The notes beneath the pieces are model-generated. The model had not been told where the DNA came from. It searched no databases and was given only the letters and a program-made list of their open reading frames with translations. A DNA stretch of 64,000 bases from NCBI RefSeq assembly GCF_000143415.4, contig NW_003314309.1, positions 62,001-126,000 of the forward strand, given 5' to 3'. Positions 60,129 to 64,000 of the stretch are shown in pieces. The stretch is from Selaginella moellendorffii. Lineage: Eukaryota; Plantae; Lycopodiophyta. Within the stretch, counting starts at the first letter, position 1, and every line of letters starts with the position of its first letter. The translations under genes and the position numbers were made by a program.

Positions 60129-63100
60129 TGTGAGTGCTTGGAATATGGAAAGGGAATACAGAAAATGTGCATCTCAATTAGCCCAAATACCCTAGCTTAT
60201 ATACAAGAGCGAGTGGTCCAGATTGAAACCAATCCGACGGCTACTAAAATCTTACTACGCTAATATTAGTATACAGCATCGTAGCCATACACTTGGCCCT
60301 CACATTATCCCCTCCTCTCGGAATAATGGAAGACCATCAGGGTTCTCTTGTAGACGGGCCGGGATTGGGAGGAACATTAGAAGGAGGCATACTTGCCGCA
60401 ACACTCGATATAGTCCTTTCCACTGCGCAAGGAGCCCCTTAGATAAACCACATATCGTAAGATGGGGAAAATAGACTAACACCAAATCATCCACTTTGTA
60501 CTCTGCAAGTGGAAGATGATGGGAGTTGTAGTGCCATTGTTGTCCCATTTGTACATGGCCTAAGTGTGTGGCAAACTTAGCTCGGACAAGTGGAAGAATG
60601 CTCGTTAAATACTGATCCCACGACCAAGCATCGGCAGCTCATGGCAAGGTAAACCCAGCTCCATTGGTAATATTGAATCATAACCATATAAAAGTTTATA
60701 TGGTGAAGCACCAATAGAATTCTGCACCCCTGTGACATATGCATACCGAAGAGATGGCAAATAACCATTCTAATCCGAATGCTGAAAGTTCATATACTTC
60801 GTAATCATCCTTTTGAATGTCTGAACGAGCTGTTCCACCAGACTATCTAATTGTGGATGATAAGCACTTGTGAAAGTGTGGCGTATCCCCAACCGAGACG
60901 TCAAAACATGAAATGCCTTAGCCACAAATGCAGGACCATTATCCGAAAGAATTTGCTTTGAACAAGAATGCTGGAACACCACTCGATTGAGGAGGAAGTA
61001 TCCAACAGCAGTTGCAAAGGTGCTAGCAAGAGCACCAACTTCCACCCAACGAGTCAAGTAGTCAGAAGCAATAATAACATACTCATTGCTAACAATCGAC
61101 TGTGGAAAGGTCCTATAAGATCAAATGCTACTAACTCAAATGGACGGGAAATTACAATTGACTCCAACCGTCCTTCTGCAACACGAGGAGGAGTATTACG
61201 AACTTGGCACCAAATGCAGCTATGCACATATCGAATAATATCATGTCGCATCTCCGGCCAATAGAAAGACCTGTGTAGCTTCTTGGTTACACGACGATGT
61301 CCCATATGCCCACCTAGAATAGGAGAATCATGGTAGGCATGGAAAAACTGCGAAATAAAGACAGAAGACACCACCAGCCGTAAATGATTATCAAGATCCG
61401 TCCCCACAAAATAAAGAAGGCCGTCTCTTCAAGGCAATATTGAGAATGTAAATGCCAGAAAGGCAAATCATTAGCAAGTGATGCAGGATTCTCAAACCCA
61501 TCTCGAATCTTTCGAATCCATGGCTCAATCTTTTGAGCATTGCAAACCTTATCAAGAGAAAGTAAATCTTGCTTTGCACCTTGTAGACATTGAACGTCAA
61601 GTATAACAACTGCCGATGACAATGAATCCTCGTCTAAAATATCCACAGATGTAGGAACAACAAGTTCGTCAAAAATATGAGAAGAGAGTGGAAAAGGAAA
61701 AGGAGCTCGAGAAAGGATATCAGCATTAGCCATAGAACTCTCTAGGTGATGAATAACATCAAAATCAGTTATTTGAAGCTTCAAAGCCCATCGAGCAATA
61801 CGACCAACCAGGTTCTTCCACTTCAATAATGAAGTAATAGCAGCATGGTCACCTTCAAGTAACGTCCGAGAACTATGTAGATATGCATGAAGTTTCTTGA
61901 AACCCCAGACTATTGCTAAATACTCCTTCTTTGTTGTGGAGTAGTTTATCTCCGCTAGTTGTAATGTACGGCTTATATATGCAATGGGATGGTGCTGACT
62001 AGGCACATTCGAGCTCTCTTGCATCAATACACCTCCAAGACCAATGTCAAAAGCATCCACACGCAAAATAAAAGGTTGAGTGTAGTCAAGATATGCCAAA
62101 ACCAGAAGAGTTGTTAATAGCTCTTTGAGATCCACGAACACCCACTCACAATCCGGAGACCAGATGAAAGATGACGCTGATGACTTCAGCAACACTCGCA
62201 ACAGTGCAGTGCAATCAGAAAGATGATCCACAAAACAACCAAGATACTGCACCTTGCCCAGGAAGCATTGCACATCATTCACACACTTCGGAGTAAGGAA
62301 CTTTAGAACAGCCACAAGTTTGTCAGGATCAACTTGCAAACCCTCACGAAAAACACAATACCCAAGATAAATTGTGTTTTTGGACCCAAACACACACTTC
62401 GACCGCTTCAGCTTTAAACCAACATCGCATAGCCGATCCAACACTTTACAAACATCATGAATGTGTTCCTCCCACGTCCCCTCCAAGTGGATCAAGACAT
62501 CATCAATGAAGTCAGTAGTCACCTTTGGCATATCGCAAAGAACCTTGTCCGTTATCCGCTGAAAAGTTACTGAAGCATTGTTCAAACCAAATAGCATCAC
62601 TAAGAACTTGTACAAACCAAATAGTATACAAAAAGTAGTCTTAGGAATATCTTCTTCGGCCATCGGTACTTGCTAGTACCCAGAAGTAAGATCTAGCTTG
62701 TTGAATCAACGACTTTGCCCCAAGCAATCCAAAGGATCAGTAGTGTGATGAAGAGGGTACACATTTAGGATCATCACTTTGTTTAACAAACGATACTCGA
62801 TGTAGAAACGAATACTCCCATCAGGCTTCGTCACAAGATGAGGTTCATATGCCCAAGGACTCCACGACTTCTGAATAACACCCTTTTCCAACATCTCTTT
62901 GACGTTTGCACGTAAAATCTTAATCTCCTTGGGTGATTGACAACAAACAAAAACCTTGATTCAATGAGCATCCTCGGTTGGAATCGAATGACATGTGGCA
63001 ATCTTAGCTTTAGATGATAGGTCAAATTCAAAGAGATTAGAATACTCTTTTATGAGCTGGTCAACTACTGCAACACAAAGATTGTCAAAAGGATTGGAAA

Positions 63101-64000
63101 AGGGAAGAGCAGAATAAGACAGAAACATAAGAGGAAATAGTGGGGGAACAAAAGTAATGGAAGTAGAGGTAAAAGTAGAGAGACAAAGAGGTATGGAAGT
63201 GAGAGGAATGGATGAAACATAAGGAAGTATGAGACAAGGGGGAGAAGCTTCAAAGTCACACTTAGCATGATTGCGCTGTAACCAATCCATACTAAGAATG
63301 AGGTCAAAAGCTTGACTCGGCACCACCTGCAATGACTGCAACTCAAGCTCAAGATCGCCCACATACACAACCAGGTCTGCCTCATCCCGTGCACATACAT
63401 ATGTACGGCTGTTGCCATAAAGAATGAAAACTGGTTCCACCGCACGATGCAAGTGTAGATGGCAACGTGTGGCAATAGGTCGAATAATAGAAGATAAACT
63501 TGAACCTGTATCAACCAACACAGAGAGAATAATAGGAGACCTCTTGTTATAAAAATGAGCTTGGAAAGCAAACACTGGATGAACCGATACCAAGTGAACC
63601 CCTTGATGATACTCTCGAAAGAAAGATGGAGGGGTCACTAACTTATTTGTGCAAGGTCCTCTATTACTTGTGCGACTCCTCATTTCCCAAATGCATCTTG
63701 GTGTCCAAACCTTCCACTTCAGTAGCACCAACGGGATGTTGCTGACGCCAAAGTCTCCACCTAGGAAATAGAGGTCGCTAATCCGGAAAATGCTGACAAC
63801 GCCGATAAGTATGACCAACTTCATCACACGCCCAGCAGCGAATATCACGGCCACAACTACGTCCTCGCCCTTGTCCTTGGACTTGAGTAGCAGTAGCATC
63901 AACCTCCATTGGAATATAACCATCACCCATAGGAAGTGGAGCTGAAGGATGTGTAACGAGAAGTGGAAGAGGCGACATCTCATAACATTGTGCCAAGTGG
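60129..64000 (-). mobile_element. Second Ty3/gypsy copy of the same family (3' LTR 60129-60304; runs off the window end)
   Basis: LTR and PPT match those at 28174-28363. INT, RH, RT, PR (VLVDTGS) and Gag CWACDEVGH are in the same order. Many stops, and a ~130-bp deletion at ~60390. Confidence 0.93.

Overview
Eukaryotic land-plant genomic DNA. The very short GT-AG introns (about 45-60 bp) and the style of the PLS-class PPR genes suggest a lycophyte such as Selaginella, but this is inference. Most of the window is a tandem segmental amplification of a 16-18 kb composite unit, present about four times (1-17682, 17683-34984, 34985-51270, 51271-~58855, the last truncated). Each unit carries an LRR receptor-like protein (RLP) gene on +, a convergent decayed PLS/E-class PPR gene, a mitochondrial-carrier gene fragment and an old Ty3/gypsy remnant. 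Units 1-3 add a 5S-rRNA-containing Cassandra-type TRIM (empty site in unit 4), C-terminally truncated MSH3 sequence (near full length in units 1 and 3, a fragment in unit 2) and an AT-eroded CACTA (Tnp2) transposon relic. RLP copies 1 and 3 are intact; copies 2 and 4 are frameshifted. The RLPs differ mainly in the number and order of 72-bp LRR modules in one internal array (15, 4, 16 and 3 modules) and at predicted solvent-exposed beta-strand residues. Other features: an MSH3-derived inverted repeat (13248-13445), a complete Ty3/gypsy element with a 4-bp TSD and tRNA-Ala-like PBS (28174-33165), a second copy of that family (60129-end), an Spg1/SGP-type GTPase exon replacing the 5' end of RLP copy 4, and a TRIM-like insertion with dissimilar LTRs inside a methyltransferase pseudo-exon. 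There is one 100-N assembly gap (4564-4663). All family assignments are by-eye motif recognition; no database search was run.
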